A stretch of DNA of 64,000 nt, from NCBI GenBank assembly GCA_001179505.1, contig CDMY01000488.1:297652-361651 (forward strand), written 5' to 3'. This DNA comes from Vitrella brassicaformis CCMP3155 (lineage: Eukaryota; Protista; Chromerida). A program made the translations under genes and the position numbers. Each line of letters begins with the position of its first letter. The stretch's first letter is position 1. This document shows, one piece after another, positions 12,169 through 25,169 of the stretch. The notes under the pieces were generated by a model, which saw nothing but the letters and a program-made list of their open reading frames with translations, had not been told where the DNA came from and did no database searches.

Positions 12169-13309
12169 TGTGACTGTGTGTCACCTTCATGAAGTGCTCA
12201 ACGGACGTCTGCCGAATGGGTGCATCCCCCTGCACCACCTCGCCACTGCACATCTCGCGCCCAAATGAAAAGGCAACACAATGCGTCCATCCAGCCGCAA
12301 TGTGTGTGCGGTGGAGTGCCTTAAGCTGACCTGAATCGTCTGTAGAGGAGGCTGTTGGGTCCCAGCCGCGCTAGCGTCGCCTCGGTGGTCGACACCGTCT
12401 GCTGGGAGATGGTGACGCTCCTGACGGTGTGGTTGCTGCCGTCGTCTGCCCGGAGGAATGGCCCCATCGCCGCACCGAATCCCTCCAAATCCACCACCGC
12501 TTTCTCCAACGCCGTCGCCGCATCGGTGTAGCTCTTCACGTACTCACGCAGCCGACTGCCGCCATCCCCTGCCCCCTGCCCAATGGCATCTCCCTCCTCC
12601 TTATTGCCCTCCGCCACCCCTCCGTTGTCCATGTCGACGTCCGCCGGTCGCACGTTGATGTCGAGCGATGTCTTGGTGAGGAACAGCTCGTGGTAGCATG
12701 CGAAGGTGGGGTCGTTCTTCTGTGTGTCGTCCAACTCGATCTCATACTCCTCGCCCTGGGCGTCAGCACCCTCAACGAGATAAATCTCGTCTACCAACCT
12801 GAAGAGCACAAAGGAGAGCAAAGGGTACACAATGAGCGCAATCTAAACGGACGTGCATTCCTTCCCGCCTACCACTTGACGTAGCCGGGGTCAGCGTCCA
12901 GGAATGGCCGGCCCTCCTCATCGCGGGGCAGCGCGTCCACACAGTACAGCAGCAGATGGGCCAAGTAGGTGTGCCGGATCTGATCCAGCATCAGCCCCTT
13001 GCGCGACACACCCACCACCCGCCCGCCCACATTCAGAGCCACCTCCCCCTCGATGCTGCCCGTCAGCTCCAGCTTGCCTCCTGTGGCCTCGATGAGCTCT
13101 TTGATGGCCTCGGCTTTGCTCTGCAGCTGCTGGCGGGCACTCCTGGCCGCATTCTCGATGGCGAGGAGGACGGCGATGGTTTTGTGCAGCACCCTATCGA
13201 GCGACTGGCGACCGATATGGGGGGAGGGGGGCTGCTGGTCATCGTCATCTTGCTGCCCGGCAGCCGCCGCGGCAGCGTCGCCCTCTGCCTTGCGCTTCTT
13301 GGCGAGCAT
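11014..13309 (-). CDS. BTB/POZ (KCTD-type tetramerisation domain) + TLDc domain protein
   Basis: EVALNVGGRVVGVSRKGL...YLAHLLLYCVDALPRDEEGRPFLDADPGY is BTB_2-like. LLYSSTRDGGDFGTLLDKVGDASGLLFLVNHNDTHRFGAFV...FTAKEIAIYQ is TLDc. Exons splice in frame to the terminal VKSG*. Confidence 0.85.
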
Positions 13310-13446
13310 TTGCGATTATTCAATGCTGCATCCTGAAGCTACACGCATCGAGGAAAGGACTCCGCGATGAGTCCTGAGCTTCACAGAGAGCGGTTTCACG
13401 GAAAAACTAACTCGTCTCCACACCCACACCGCCGCCGTCCTCGTCA

Positions 13447-16060
13447 ATGGTGTCGTCGACCCGCGGCATGCACGGCCTCGCCCGGCTCCCTGCAGAGCTG
13501 TGGACGCTCAACCTCTCAGGCACACTCACGGACAAGGTAAGCTACGCATTAGAAAGGCGCACACAGGCAAGGTCCGGCTCAGGCACACTCACAGACAAGG
13601 TATGCAGCAAACCGGCACACAGTGGCACTAATGCATCCCAATTCCGTGCATGTAGGAGACCATGCGGCTGTCTGTCCTGGACGAAAGCTGCTTCGAGGCC
13701 ATCTGCTCGTCCACCCTCGTCATCGGACCAGACGTCCCTCGGCCTCGGCGAGCCCAGCTGTGCTCCAATGGCTCTCAGAAGATCATACTAGTGGTCGCCA
13801 AGGGAGGCTGCCGCCTCAAGAACGAGGCTCTGAAGTTCTTCGTCACTACTATGCAGCAGCAGGGCGACACCATCAAGGCCATCAAGTCGGTCCAGTGTGC
13901 ATTTGAAGGTTACCGCCGGCCGGGGTGGGACCCCAAGTGTCTCCGGGGCGAAGCGCGGACGTTTCCGGCGCTCACCGACATCGACGTGGGGCTCATTCCT
14001 GTGCTGCAGATATTCCGGCACTTCAGCTGGAAGGCACCCGGCCTGAAGACCCTCACAGCCCGAGTGCGCAGCGACAGCCAGCCATTGCTAGATCTGACGG
14101 GACACCTCAATGCTGGCGGTTTCCAAGACGCGCTGAGCCAACTGTTGACCCATTCGCCCCTCATCCGCCACATTGACGTGTTCCCTCTGCCTACACACGT
14201 CTGCGGCACGGCACTCGACACACGTGGAGGCAGCCTGGAATCGGTGGGCGACATGGTCTTCCTCACGCACGATAAGGAGATGGACAGGCTTGTGCGGGGC
14301 CTGCCGCGCATCCAGGCGTCAGCGTCGAGGAAGCACATCGGCATGTTCGACCGCAACTTGGCCTTCGACTCGACCCTGCCGGCCTCATTCAGCCCGACCC
14401 GTCGTCGTCACACGAGCGGCATGGAGGCCGGACCCCTGCTCATGCAGCTGCTGGTCGAGCTGGAGAGCCGTGGTACGCACGAAGTATGGGGCACAAGAAG
14501 GCGGGCAATGCTGTGGATGGGACTGTGGTCTTGATGTCTTGATTTCAGGCTATTGCCCGGTGGCGAAAGGGGAAGGGTATTCTGTCGAGCTCAAGGGAGT
14601 CCCAGCACCAGCATCTCCTGACACGTGCCCACCAGAGGTGGAGGGTTCAATCCGTGACATCGTCAAGCGCGCATTAAAGCAGGCCATCACGGTGGAGATG
14701 AGCTATGACGAGGACTCGCAGCCCTGGGACGACTCCTGGGACCTCACCGACTCGTGTGGCCGACCGGTCGTGTTCGACAAGACCAAGTACCTCATCATCA
14801 AGTACGTCGATAATCTTCGTGGCTACGTCGGCCATGATGCGGTGAGTGAGTAAGGACGCCGGAATCAGTGGACGCACCCATGCATCTCTCTCCCTCTCCT
14901 TTGCTGTCCGTTCCGTCTCGTAGATTGCCGGTTGGACGGCGGGCGGCTGGACGAGTGTCGAGGAGCTCACCCTCGTGAAGGTCGAGCTGCAGAGCGTCAA
15001 GGATCACGTCTCTTTCCACGAGCATCAGTTTACGGCCGAGGGCATCTACGAGAAGCCCCTCCCTCCTCAGCTCCCCATGACGCAGCAGCAGGCGGCAGAG
15101 CAGGCGGCGGAGCAGGCGGCGGAGCAGGCGGTATACGCAATTACAGGTACATGGGTACCGGTGCGCCCTCCACTTCCCAGGAACGACTACGTGCTCTCGG
15201 ACCCCCTGCAGCGGCTGCTCAAGACCATGCCACCCACACTCCACACCGTCCGACTCATCGACGTGCCCTGGTGGGTGGGTAGGTGGGTGGGCGCACACCT
15301 TGAGTCACCGTGAGACTTGCGTGGGTGTATGTGGTGCACTCATTCAGGTGGGCGGCCTTTGACGCGTTTGCGTGTCTGTTTGAGGGCACTGCGGCTCAGC
15401 CAGGGGAGGGAGGCACCAAGCGTGTGTGTCTGGACAAGCTGGAGGTGCGGACGGAAGTGCAGGACAGCCCCCTGGTGGTGCCTGAGAAGGGCGGCGCCTT
15501 GTGGAGTACCATTCAGGAGCGCCTCTCGGTCGGCCAGCTCACCATGCACGTCAAGACAGAGGTGCGCTGAATGCACCCCAGTCACATCTCTCTCACACAC
15601 AATCATCTGCGCCTCCTGCCTGTTCAGTTCGACTATCCTTTGAAGGAAGACGTGCCTCGCTACTCGCCTGACCATTTCCGAGTGTACTACGACCTCATCC
15701 TCCTGCTGCAGCCCGACACCGTGGGGCTCACCGTCAATACTCTGCTGCGACGTGAGCATCCACAACACACACGTGAACATTGCTGGAACATGCTCTATGT
15801 GGTCCACAGGAGCTCCTCTTGAACACGTCTTCGACTGGTCGGATGATGGATCTGACATCGAGCCTGACGAGGCCAAGTATCCCTACCTGAAGGGATTCAC
15901 CGGCGACATCCGCACGAGGTATCGCATGTGCCACTGCGGGGCCAGAGGCGACTACCCAGGCCACATGAACTGGACGGACAGCCGGATGGATGTGGTGCTC
16001 AAGAGGCGCAAGCTGGGTGACCTCAGCGGCCTGGGGGCCAACAAGTGTGCCATGCAGTAG
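13447..16060 (+). CDS. Hypothetical protein with an F-box-like N-terminus
   Basis: MVSSTRGMHGLARLPAELWTLNLSGTLTDK/ETMRLSVL is F-box-like. A long exon from 13656 is followed by further in-phase exons ending GANKCAMQ* at 16060. Confidence 0.6.
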
Positions 16061-16431
16061 CTCAAGTGATTGCAGTGAAGGGCTTATGAGGTTGCGTGTT
16101 TTATGCGTGTGTGCAGACTTGTGCATATGATGTGTTGTGTGTGACGGCTGTACTTCATCCGTTCAAGCATCGTTGCTGCACCGCGTGTCCTCGAGGTGAT
16201 GCACACAGCCCTCATTGCATGATCAACCAGCATAACTTCAGAAAGTCATCCATGTCAAAACCCGCCTCCATCGACCATGCATTCAGTGAGTCAGTGAGTC
16301 GAGTGCATCAGCAAACAAACAGACCATGATGCTTCCGACCCCACACCCCAAAAACGCCCCCAAACCCCCGGCTATTGCACTTGATAAGTTGTGAGAGCTC
16401 TCTTTTCATCTAGGTGTGCCTCTCTCCCTGA

Positions 16432-19400
16432 TCAGTCTTCCTTGGCTGCCTTGTCTTTGAATGTGTAATGCCCCTCCTCCATCGCACGGCGGTGGGCTAT
16501 CGCCGCCTGCTTGGCGCCCTCATAGCCCAGCTGACGCACAGAGAACGGCTTGGTCTTCTCTTTGCCGCCCTCGCGCCAGCTGGCCATCCATGAGTTGCTG
16601 GCCTTGTGATAGTAGACGCCCTTGACGCCGCTCTGGTGCTCCGATCGCTTCCTCACCGCCGCCTGACCGGTGCGCTCCAGCTCACGACGATGCTCCTCGG
16701 CCAACGCCTGAGAGACGGAGGCACACATATGGGACACTCAAGACAGACAGAGGGAAGAGGCGGCTTCATGCGCACCTTGGCTCTGTCGTAGCCATGGTCC
16801 CTGACATAGAAGAGCTTCTGCTTCAGCTTCCGGTCGCCCTTCTCGTACCATTGTGCCTTCCAGGCCTGATGACTCTCTTGCCACGTCACCCCCGTCACAT
16901 CCGACTGGTGCTCTGCAGTTAGCGGGACACATCAAGGTGAGTGATGGTGTTTAATTCGCCTTTTGGTTTTCTCACCCGATTTGGTGATGATGGTCTTGCT
17001 CTTGGTGCTGGCCTTCTTGTCTGTGTCGGCGGCCCACTCGGGATTGGACGCATAGATGGACGACGGCACATCACCGGCAGGCGCCGACACACCATCCCTC
17101 TTGGCTGCCTTGGGCCTCCGTCGTGGCTGGGGAGATGATGAGCTGCTGCCATCGTCACCGTCGTCACAGCTGTCAGACTGACGGCTCGCCCGAGCCGCGC
17201 TGTTCCTCTGCCGGCCATCCCGGCCCCTTGTTGCGTCGCCTTCATCGCCTTCTCGAGGCCCAGGGGGGCGGGCCGGGAGGTGAGGAAAGATGGACCGGGG
17301 AGGGCGGGAGGGGGGAGAGGGGTCGAGGGGCGGGTCGTCACTGGGTCTCTTGGTGCGTTTGCGACGCTGCGGGGGTGGGCTGGAGTCGAATTGCCCCTCA
17401 AGCATCCCGCCGTCCATCTGTCCCTGCCCCTGCTGTGCCTGCTGCAGCCACGACAGATCGATGGCCATCGCCCGATCGCCCACACGCGACCGGTGCAGGG
17501 CATTCCGGTACTCGACAGCCTCACGGAAGGCCGTGAAGATGGCCGCTCGAGAGGCGCCATAGCCGACAGGGAATTGACGCAGGCCGACAGTCGTCGATGC
17601 GTCGTTGTCCCAAAAGTAGGCCTCGCAAGTGTAGTTGGTCCGCCAAGTAATGCCGATCCTGACACACACACACACACACACACAGATGCCACTGTCAACA
17701 TGAGAGCGTCCATCATGCCCCTTGTCATGCTCACTCGCCTCTGTCTGGCGCATGGAAGTCGTTCGGCTGCTCCTCCCGCATCCGCCGCATCAACATCCGA
17801 GCCAGCTCGTCGCCACATAACCCATCGAGACTCGTCAGCTCCCGATGCGCGCCATGGTGCCCCGGACGCCGATTGGCGAGGCCTCGGCCGTGTGGGCCGC
17901 GCTGGCGCTTGAGGGGGCGGCTTTTGTTGAGGGAGCCATCACGTCCATCACCATCGCCGTCGAGGGAGGGGAGAGGGGATGGGTCGCGGGAGAGGGGCCG
18001 CTTGCGACGGTCGCCGGGGCCTGCAAGGGGACACATTAGCAGGCAAGATGAGAGCTAGTCGTACATTGGCCCTGTCTGTGTCATTGATCTCACCTCTGTC
18101 GTGACATGGGCTGGCCGTCTTCTTGTGTTTGGGAGGCCGCGACACCGCTGGCTTCTTCCGACGCTGCGGAGCCCTCCACTGCACCACTTGCCTCTCCTCG
18201 CCAGCCACCACAGCAGTGACGATCTCGAAGCGCTCGTCGGTGTCCACCGATCCCGCCCGCACCACCGCCAGCATGTCCGTCAGTCGCCACAGCTCCCACC
18301 CAGTGGCAGTCCCGTTGGAGTCGCGATACACCGCCGCCCGCACACACAGGGGCTGGTCGGCATCGCTGTCAGATGGCCAGCCGGTGACCAGAAAGTGCCG
18401 CCCGTCCGCCATCTTCTCGGCGCTGAACTGCATGCCCTCGTAGGCCGCCGAGTACGCCTTGTGACCGGGGTCCTGCTTGTGGCGTATCGTCCTCAGGAGC
18501 TGCCCAACGGTGTTCCTCTCGTCACCTGGACCACCCACCGCAGCTGCGGCCGGGGAGGGATGGTTGGATGGACCAGCGGCCGGTGGGGGCGAGGGAGATG
18601 GCGTGTCGATCGCCCTCTTCTTGGCGGCACGTGAGGGGGCCCTGTTGCGTACTGACCGACCGCTGCCGGACGGTTGCGGCTTTGTGTGGTTGGCTGACCC
18701 GATGTCCTCGTAGCTTGGGTGTGCGGGAGGTGGGGGTGGGGGAGAGGGCGACATCGGACCTACACCGACACACGCAACAGAGATGGCAGATATGGGAACT
18801 GACAGGCTGTTTGGCCTTCCTCTCCCCTCCCTCTCCCTCTCACCTGCTGCGTTGCCCTTGGGCGCATCTACAGTCGGCTTCATCATGAGGTACCGCCGGG
18901 CCCTGTGGTGGCTCGTCCTCACCTCAAAGGGCTCGTCCGCCGCTATCGGGCCCCCCCTCTTGACCCGCTCCAGCACCTGCGTCACGTCGCCCAGCAGCCA
19001 GCCCTTCTTCGAGTCGCGAGTCACGCCCCACTCGTCGGCGAACAGCTCCCCCTGGCTGTCGTAGAAGGGCCCTGCGAGCACCTCATACGCGCCGCCCTTT
19101 GCGCCATCGACGCGACGCACAGAGGACTGCACTTCTTGATAGGCCGGATGGTAGCCGGTCGTCCTGGTGGGGTCGCCTCGCTTGTACAGCACCTGCCGCA
19201 GTTGCTCCAGAAGGCCGTCTTGCTGGGAGGGAGGGCCGTTCGGGTGAGCTGGGGAGGGGGAGGGGTATGTGGCGGCCGCTGACATTGCCTGTGGATAGGG
19301 CATGGTGGGGGTCGAAGCGGCAGCCGATGGGCCTCCAGCTGCAGTTCCATCACAAGCCCCACGGTGGCCCTCCGCCCCGCCTGCCGCACTGTCCTGGCGC

Positions 19401-19597
19401 ACGCCACCAGGAGAGTGGCCCTCCTGCTCGATGTCCATCGCCGCTACTGAGGCTGCTGCAGATGGCTGATGGGCCGCTGTGGGATTCTGCATGGCTGGAA
19501 CGACGCAGGCAGCCGCAGCCCGGGATGAAGACGAAGCAGCAGCATCAGCCGATGACGCTGGCCTCCCGAGATGGGCGGCTTGGGTCGCCATCGTCAC
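16432..19597 (-). CDS. ApiAP2-family transcription factor with three AP2-like domains and two copies of an unrecognised ~110-aa domain
   Basis: AP2 motifs SGVKGVYYHKASNSWMASWREGGKEKTKPFSVRQLGYEGAKQAAIAHRR and DVTGVTWQESHQAWKAQWYEKG...FYVRDHGYDRAKALAEEHRR, plus a diverged IGITWRTNYTCEAYFW...AFREAVEYR. Introns at about 18.05, 17.7, 16.95 and 16.75 kb join the ORFs in frame. Start codon is uncertain (19597 or 19492). Confidence 0.85.
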
Positions 19598-19901
19598 TCT
19601 CGTTGCTGCTGCGCTGTTGGCTGTGTCATCGACTGTCGTGCGTCGTCCCTCAAAACCGGATGACGCCCTGCGAACGTCAAGCGGTCATAGTGATTGAACT
19701 CGGTGGGCTGAGAACCACGATGAGCAAGTCTGCTCAGCAGAGATCTGCCGCCAAGGGCATCGTTCCGCTACGAAATCGAGGGAAATGGTGGCCAAAGATC
19801 CATGCGAGCTTAAAAGCGACGACTTCCAAAGCGTTCCTCGCTAGCCGCCCGTGATCTCGTCATATTGCCTGAAGACGCTCCATCCCATCCTCCCCATCGC
19901 C

Positions 19902-22151
19902 ATGTCATCATCAAACGGGCATTTCCTCCACCCCTCATCTGCAGCATCGACGGCCTCTCAAGATCACCATGACCACTACCAGCTACACATGGAGGAGCTG
20001 GATCACGACCACGACCACATGGCCCACTCACCGGGATGGAGTCGGGGATCTGGCCTGGGTGGCGGTATCGTGCGCAAGGTCTCGTCGGGGCTGGACCAAG
20101 TATGTCAGTGATGCGACAGATGAGAGTGCTAGCTATGAGCCTGATGTACTGTTTTGTGTGACGCATGCATGCATTCAGGCGTTTGAGTTCCGCGGCGCAT
20201 CTCCTGTGTGGTCGCCGCCTGTCATGGCCCACCCAGAGGCAACCTTCTTCGCCTTCTCACCCATACAGGTGAGTCGCAGCACTTTGTCCACGCCCACGAG
20301 ACAGACAGACAGATGCTTCTGTATCGTCTCGTCTCTATGTATGTTGCAGACCGAGCGTCAGCGGCGCCAGGGCATCGATAGGATCCGGTCGATGGCTTCA
20401 GGTGACTTGGGAATGGTGTCGACGCCTCTCACGACAGTGCTTGAGGGCGAGGAGGCAAAGCGGCAGGAGCTGGTAGGGCGGCAGACGGGCGTGGAAGCAC
20501 CGGAAGGGCGACCCGTCACGGCTGTCGAAGCGGCCTTCTCGGTCGGTGGGATGGGGCGATGGGAAGGAAGAAGGCATTTGAATGTTGCTGGCTGGTTCAT
20601 GTGTTGCCTTATGTGTGTGTGTGCAGATCACCAACACGGTGATAGGCGCAGGCATCCTGTCGCTGCCTTACGCCTTTGCCGTGAGCGGTTTCATATCGGC
20701 CCCCATTTGCCTGGTCCTGACGTTCGTCTACTTCTACACGGCCACGCTCATCGGGAAGGCCATGGAGCTGGCACAACCCATCGCCAAACTCCACAAGATA
20801 CCCAAAATGGCCCAGGACTGGTACTGCCAGCACAACGCACACAAGGCATCCCATCCATCCATCCATACATTGCGATGGTGTCATCCCTCCCGTTGTGTTG
20901 GTGTGCGTGAACGCACTCAGGCCGTTTCTGGGCATGGCTGCGTTCGGTGACATGGGCCAGCGACTCGTTTCCATCTTCCTCAGTGGCGAGCTCTATGCCA
21001 TCCTGGTGTCCTACCTGGTGGTGGTGGGCAGCAACCTGGTGGTGCTCTTCCCCTCCATCAGCAAGAGCGAGGCCATCATCGGCGCCACCGCATTGGTTTT
21101 TTTCCTGATGCTCGTGCCCCACTGGCTCCTGGCCTACGTCTCGCTCATCGCCAACCTGTCGACCATCATCTGTGTGCTGGCCTTCATCTACACGGGACTC
21201 TATCTGCCACACACAGCCCCATCCAGCGACTGGGTCTTCGTCGCGCCTCTCGGCCTCCCTATCATGATTGGCATCGTCAACTTCTGCTTTGTGGCCCACA
21301 GTGTGTTCCCGACCATCTACCAGAGCATGGGCAAACCCTCGCAGTACAAGTGGTCGGCCTTGGCGTCCTTCATCGTCGCCCTCGTCACGTATGCCGGCAC
21401 GGGTGCGTTCGGCTACCTGGTCTTCGGCGCTGCCTGCCAGGAGCAATTCACCCAGGTGACAATGGCACGCCAAAGACGAGCAGACAGACAGTGTCTGTTG
21501 TCACACGCGTGTGCGTGTGTGTGCGTTTTGTTGGTTGGTTGATGTTGTTCTATCTACCAGAATCTTGGTGTTGACCTGGAAGGCCGCCCGATCCCCGGCC
21601 TGGCTTACCTGCCGATGATATCGACCCTCTGCATGTGCATCAAGCTGGAGGGCAGCTTCCCCATGTTCGCCGCACCACTCATCATCGCACTCGAGAACGT
21701 AATGGGACTCTCTCCTGACATGCCCGCATTCGACGCCTCGAGTCCCAAATACATCGCTTCCCCGACTCTGCTATCGCCCTCGCCGCGCATCGTGAGCCCC
21801 GCCCTGCGGCGAATGGCGAGCATGCAGCAGCGGGACGTCAAGGGGAGGGGGATCTATCGGTTCCTGCTGCGTGTGGGGTTTCTGGCGGTGACGGGCATCG
21901 TGTCGCTGGTGTTCCAGTCGTCGGCTGCGGGCATCCAGGGGCTGACGGGCTCGCTCTTCTCGCCCTGCACGTGCGTCATCTTCCCGGCGCTGTTCTTCTG
22001 GCGGATCGCGCACCAGCAGGGCGTCAAGCTGCCGTGGTGGCAGCAGGCATTCCTGGCCCTGTTGCTGCTGTTTGGTTTTTCGTGCCAGATCTTCGGCACC
22101 ACTTTTTGTGTCTTGAGCATGCTGGGGGTCGTCAAGGGCGCTGCATTTTGA
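19902..22151 (+). CDS. Amino acid transporter (AAAP / Aa_trans family)
   Basis: AAFSITNTVIGAGILSLPYAFAVSG signature, CFVAHSVFPTIYQSM, GYLVFG, and many TM segments. His-rich N-terminus. Stop TGA at 22149-22151. Confidence 0.9.
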
Positions 22152-23199
22152 AGCGATTGACCCGACATGCATACATACATACATACAGACGTACGTACAT
22201 ACGTACCGGCTGCTTGCTGTGAGTCTATTTTTGTGCAAGAGCGACTGGGTGTTGATGTGAGCATTCGGAGTGAGAGAGTGTTGGCGTCTGTGTTCCCGGC
22301 CATTGGCACGCACCACCTGCACTGCACTTTTTTCGCAGACTGCGGGGTGGGTGCTCAATGAGTGAGACAACGAGTGTGACAATGAGGCCTTGTGTGCGCT
22401 AGGATCTGCCGGCAGCCAGGGCGGATTGTATGCATTGTGTGTGTGTCTGTGCGTGTGAGCGAGTCTTCGTATCGCTGCTTCGTGTTCTGTGTTTGAGCTA
22501 GCTAGGGGAGCCTTTTTGATCACCCTAAGACATTGATTGGCATATGCTATGCACGGGCCTTCGCCCTTTTATCGACCACGTACGGCTGTGGGCGCACACC
22601 GTGCTGGATTGCATCGTTGTGCGGATCTTTGTCTGCGGCTGCCTTTGCTATCGGCGCAATATATGTATGTCGATGCAATGGCCCGTGTGGGTCAAGGCAC
22701 CATGGGGTATTTGCCTCCGGACGCGTCATCGGATGTCATCAGTGGGCTCTGCTGCCCTCACTGATCTCATTTGACGGCCGTCGTGGTGGCGAAACTCACG
22801 GCGATTTGGCCATCCCCTGGAATTGCGTGATCTACAGCTCCGTGTCCCGGTCAAACCCTCTCCCCCTGTGTGTGTGGTGGATGGCGTCTCCCTTTGGCTG
22901 AATGGCTTGTGAAAAGGAGTGCAAGATCACAGACATGGCATGTAAAAAAAATGGCCATTGAACAAAGGGAAAGCTATCATGGTAGAGACGATGCCTAGCC
23001 ATAGCACACAGGACTCAGTCTGCTTTTCTTTCACCCACCACAGATACAAGACACACCGACAGGCAGAGACATGATGGATGCCATGGATAAAGACACCATA
23101 AACAGGAAGCCATGGGAGCCACTGCTGATTCAAGCAGATCACAATGCGTCAGGTACGTTAACGGCAAGCACCACTGTAAAAGCAAAACACAAGAGGCAG

Positions 23200-23437
23200 C
23201 GATTTGCGCAGCCTGCCTGTCTGGCTGCCTGCCACTCAAATCTGTCTATGTGTGCATCTCACGTCATCCCCAGCCGTCTGAATGTCTCCCTCCCGTCCCG
23301 CCCCCTCTCGATCCACCCCACCGCCCCCCACTCGACGGCAGGCACATCCTTGCTGAAGCCGTTGTCGATGTCCCCCACCAGCCCCCACTTGGCCGCCTCG
23401 TCCAGGATGGCCCGCTGCACCACCTCACGCAACTCCA
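23200..23437 (-). repeat. Paralogous 3' end (last codons and 3' UTR) of the ankyrin gene at 27264-29506, truncated by the gap
   Basis: ELREVVQRAILDEAAKWGLVGDIDNGFSKDVPAVEWGAVGWIERGRDGRETFRRLGMT* versus ...KDVSAVEWGAVGWVDKGRDGRETFRSLRMT* at 27264-27440. Substitutions show a paralog rather than an identical collapse. Confidence 0.85.
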
Positions 23438-23737
23438 NNNNNNNNNNNNNNNNNNNNNNNNNNNNNNNNNNNNNNNNNNNNNNNNNNNNNNNNNNNNNNN
23501 NNNNNNNNNNNNNNNNNNNNNNNNNNNNNNNNNNNNNNNNNNNNNNNNNNNNNNNNNNNNNNNNNNNNNNNNNNNNNNNNNNNNNNNNNNNNNNNNNNNN
23601 NNNNNNNNNNNNNNNNNNNNNNNNNNNNNNNNNNNNNNNNNNNNNNNNNNNNNNNNNNNNNNNNNNNNNNNNNNNNNNNNNNNNNNNNNNNNNNNNNNNN
23701 NNNNNNNNNNNNNNNNNNNNNNNNNNNNNNNNNNNNN
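23438..23737. other. Assembly gap (300 N)
   Basis: Run of N. Confidence 1.
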
Positions 23738-25169
23738 AACCAGCGGGGTCTTGTGAGCACCAGATCCACCAGATCTCGCATAGCTCCACGACTGGAACGC
23801 CCACGCTACGTGCAGGGAAGGCTCACAAGGCGGAGGGGAGAGGGAGAAGAAGGGACGAAGAAGATGTTTCAGACGGAACGCCACAAGAATGGATCTCCGC
23901 CTATCGGATGTAGATCTTGCTTTGACGTGCTTCACAGCCGCTCACACGTCGATTAACTCGAATCGAACTGCACGTATGGGTCTGGGTCTGTCCCAAGTCG
24001 CCTACTGGCGGTACACGGGTGCACTAAGCCGGAACACATGCAGCTCGTGTCCATGAGACCTCCATCGTTACTGAATGCTTCTTCCGGCTTCGTCACATTC
24101 CATCACAGCTCACTGTGCGTATGTGCATGCATTAGTTTTATCTATTGTTTGTGTGGTGCATGCCATGCTCGTCTGTCCGCATGGACTTGTCTGTGTGACG
24201 CTCAGCAAGTGACGTGTATGTGTGTCGCGCTCAAGTATTCAACAGTCAGTGTGTTCCACATCCATGCCATGAAATGGTCCATGCCGACAGCAAGGATATA
24301 GAAAGAAAGAAAGGATGCAACTAGCACCCTCTCTCTTGGCCGTGGTATCAGGTTTCCTTCATTAGACTCACTCTTCCCACACACACCGACGCATCGACCA
24401 AGGTTACACACTTCCGTGCAGCGTGATCGACGGCAGCAGCTGTGGCTAGAGTGAGTCTAACAGGACGAAACACGACTGACCCACACGACACCGATGGTCA
24501 AAAAGACACGCCTGGCCTGGCTGCGAGGGACTGGACTCATCTCATCTAAGGTGGTGAGTGCGTATCCTTCTCAGCTATCTTCTTATCCACAACAATCGTT
24601 CAGCAAGAAAAGTGCCGCCACCCATCCATTTATCGCGGCCCTCTCCCTCCCTCCTTCTCCCTCTCTCTCTACACACACATGTACACAGAGAGCGTCAACT
24701 GACTGACCGCTTGACTGAGTCGGCCTCGGCGAGTGTGTATCGACACGCATACAAAGCAATCCAGCAAGAAAGAGGGTGCGAGCCAGCGGTGGATGCCGCC
24801 TGGCCCGGCGTGTGTGTGTGTATGGTACAGCTAAGGTAGGGTAAGGTGGTGAGCAAGCAAGCAAGAGAAGAGCAAACCAACCAGTCTGTCTGTGTCAAAA
24901 TCGGTGTGTAGGTGTGAGTGAAGAGAGACCACCCTCCTCCCTCCCTCCCTCCCTCCCTCCACGTCATGTTTTTCAAGTAGTAAGTGCCATCATATATACA
25001 CATACATAGACATACATACACTACAACGCAACCTCTCCATCCCCTGCTTACAATTTCGACGACACACGCAAAAAACAGCCACACCATCAAATCAAGTGCT
25101 CTCACCCACCCCCCTCCCCCCTCTGCACAGTAATTACCCACCTCCCCTTCCCCCTCCCTCTCTCCCTCT

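Noticed and set aside
12130-12170. (CT)n(CG)n(TG) tract with Z-DNA potential
   Set aside because: Intronic microsatellite typical of this genome; no evidence of function.
22500-23100. Several 60-120 aa ORFs between the transporter and the ankyrin paralog tail
   Set aside because: No coherent exon structure or recognisable motifs; treated as intergenic.
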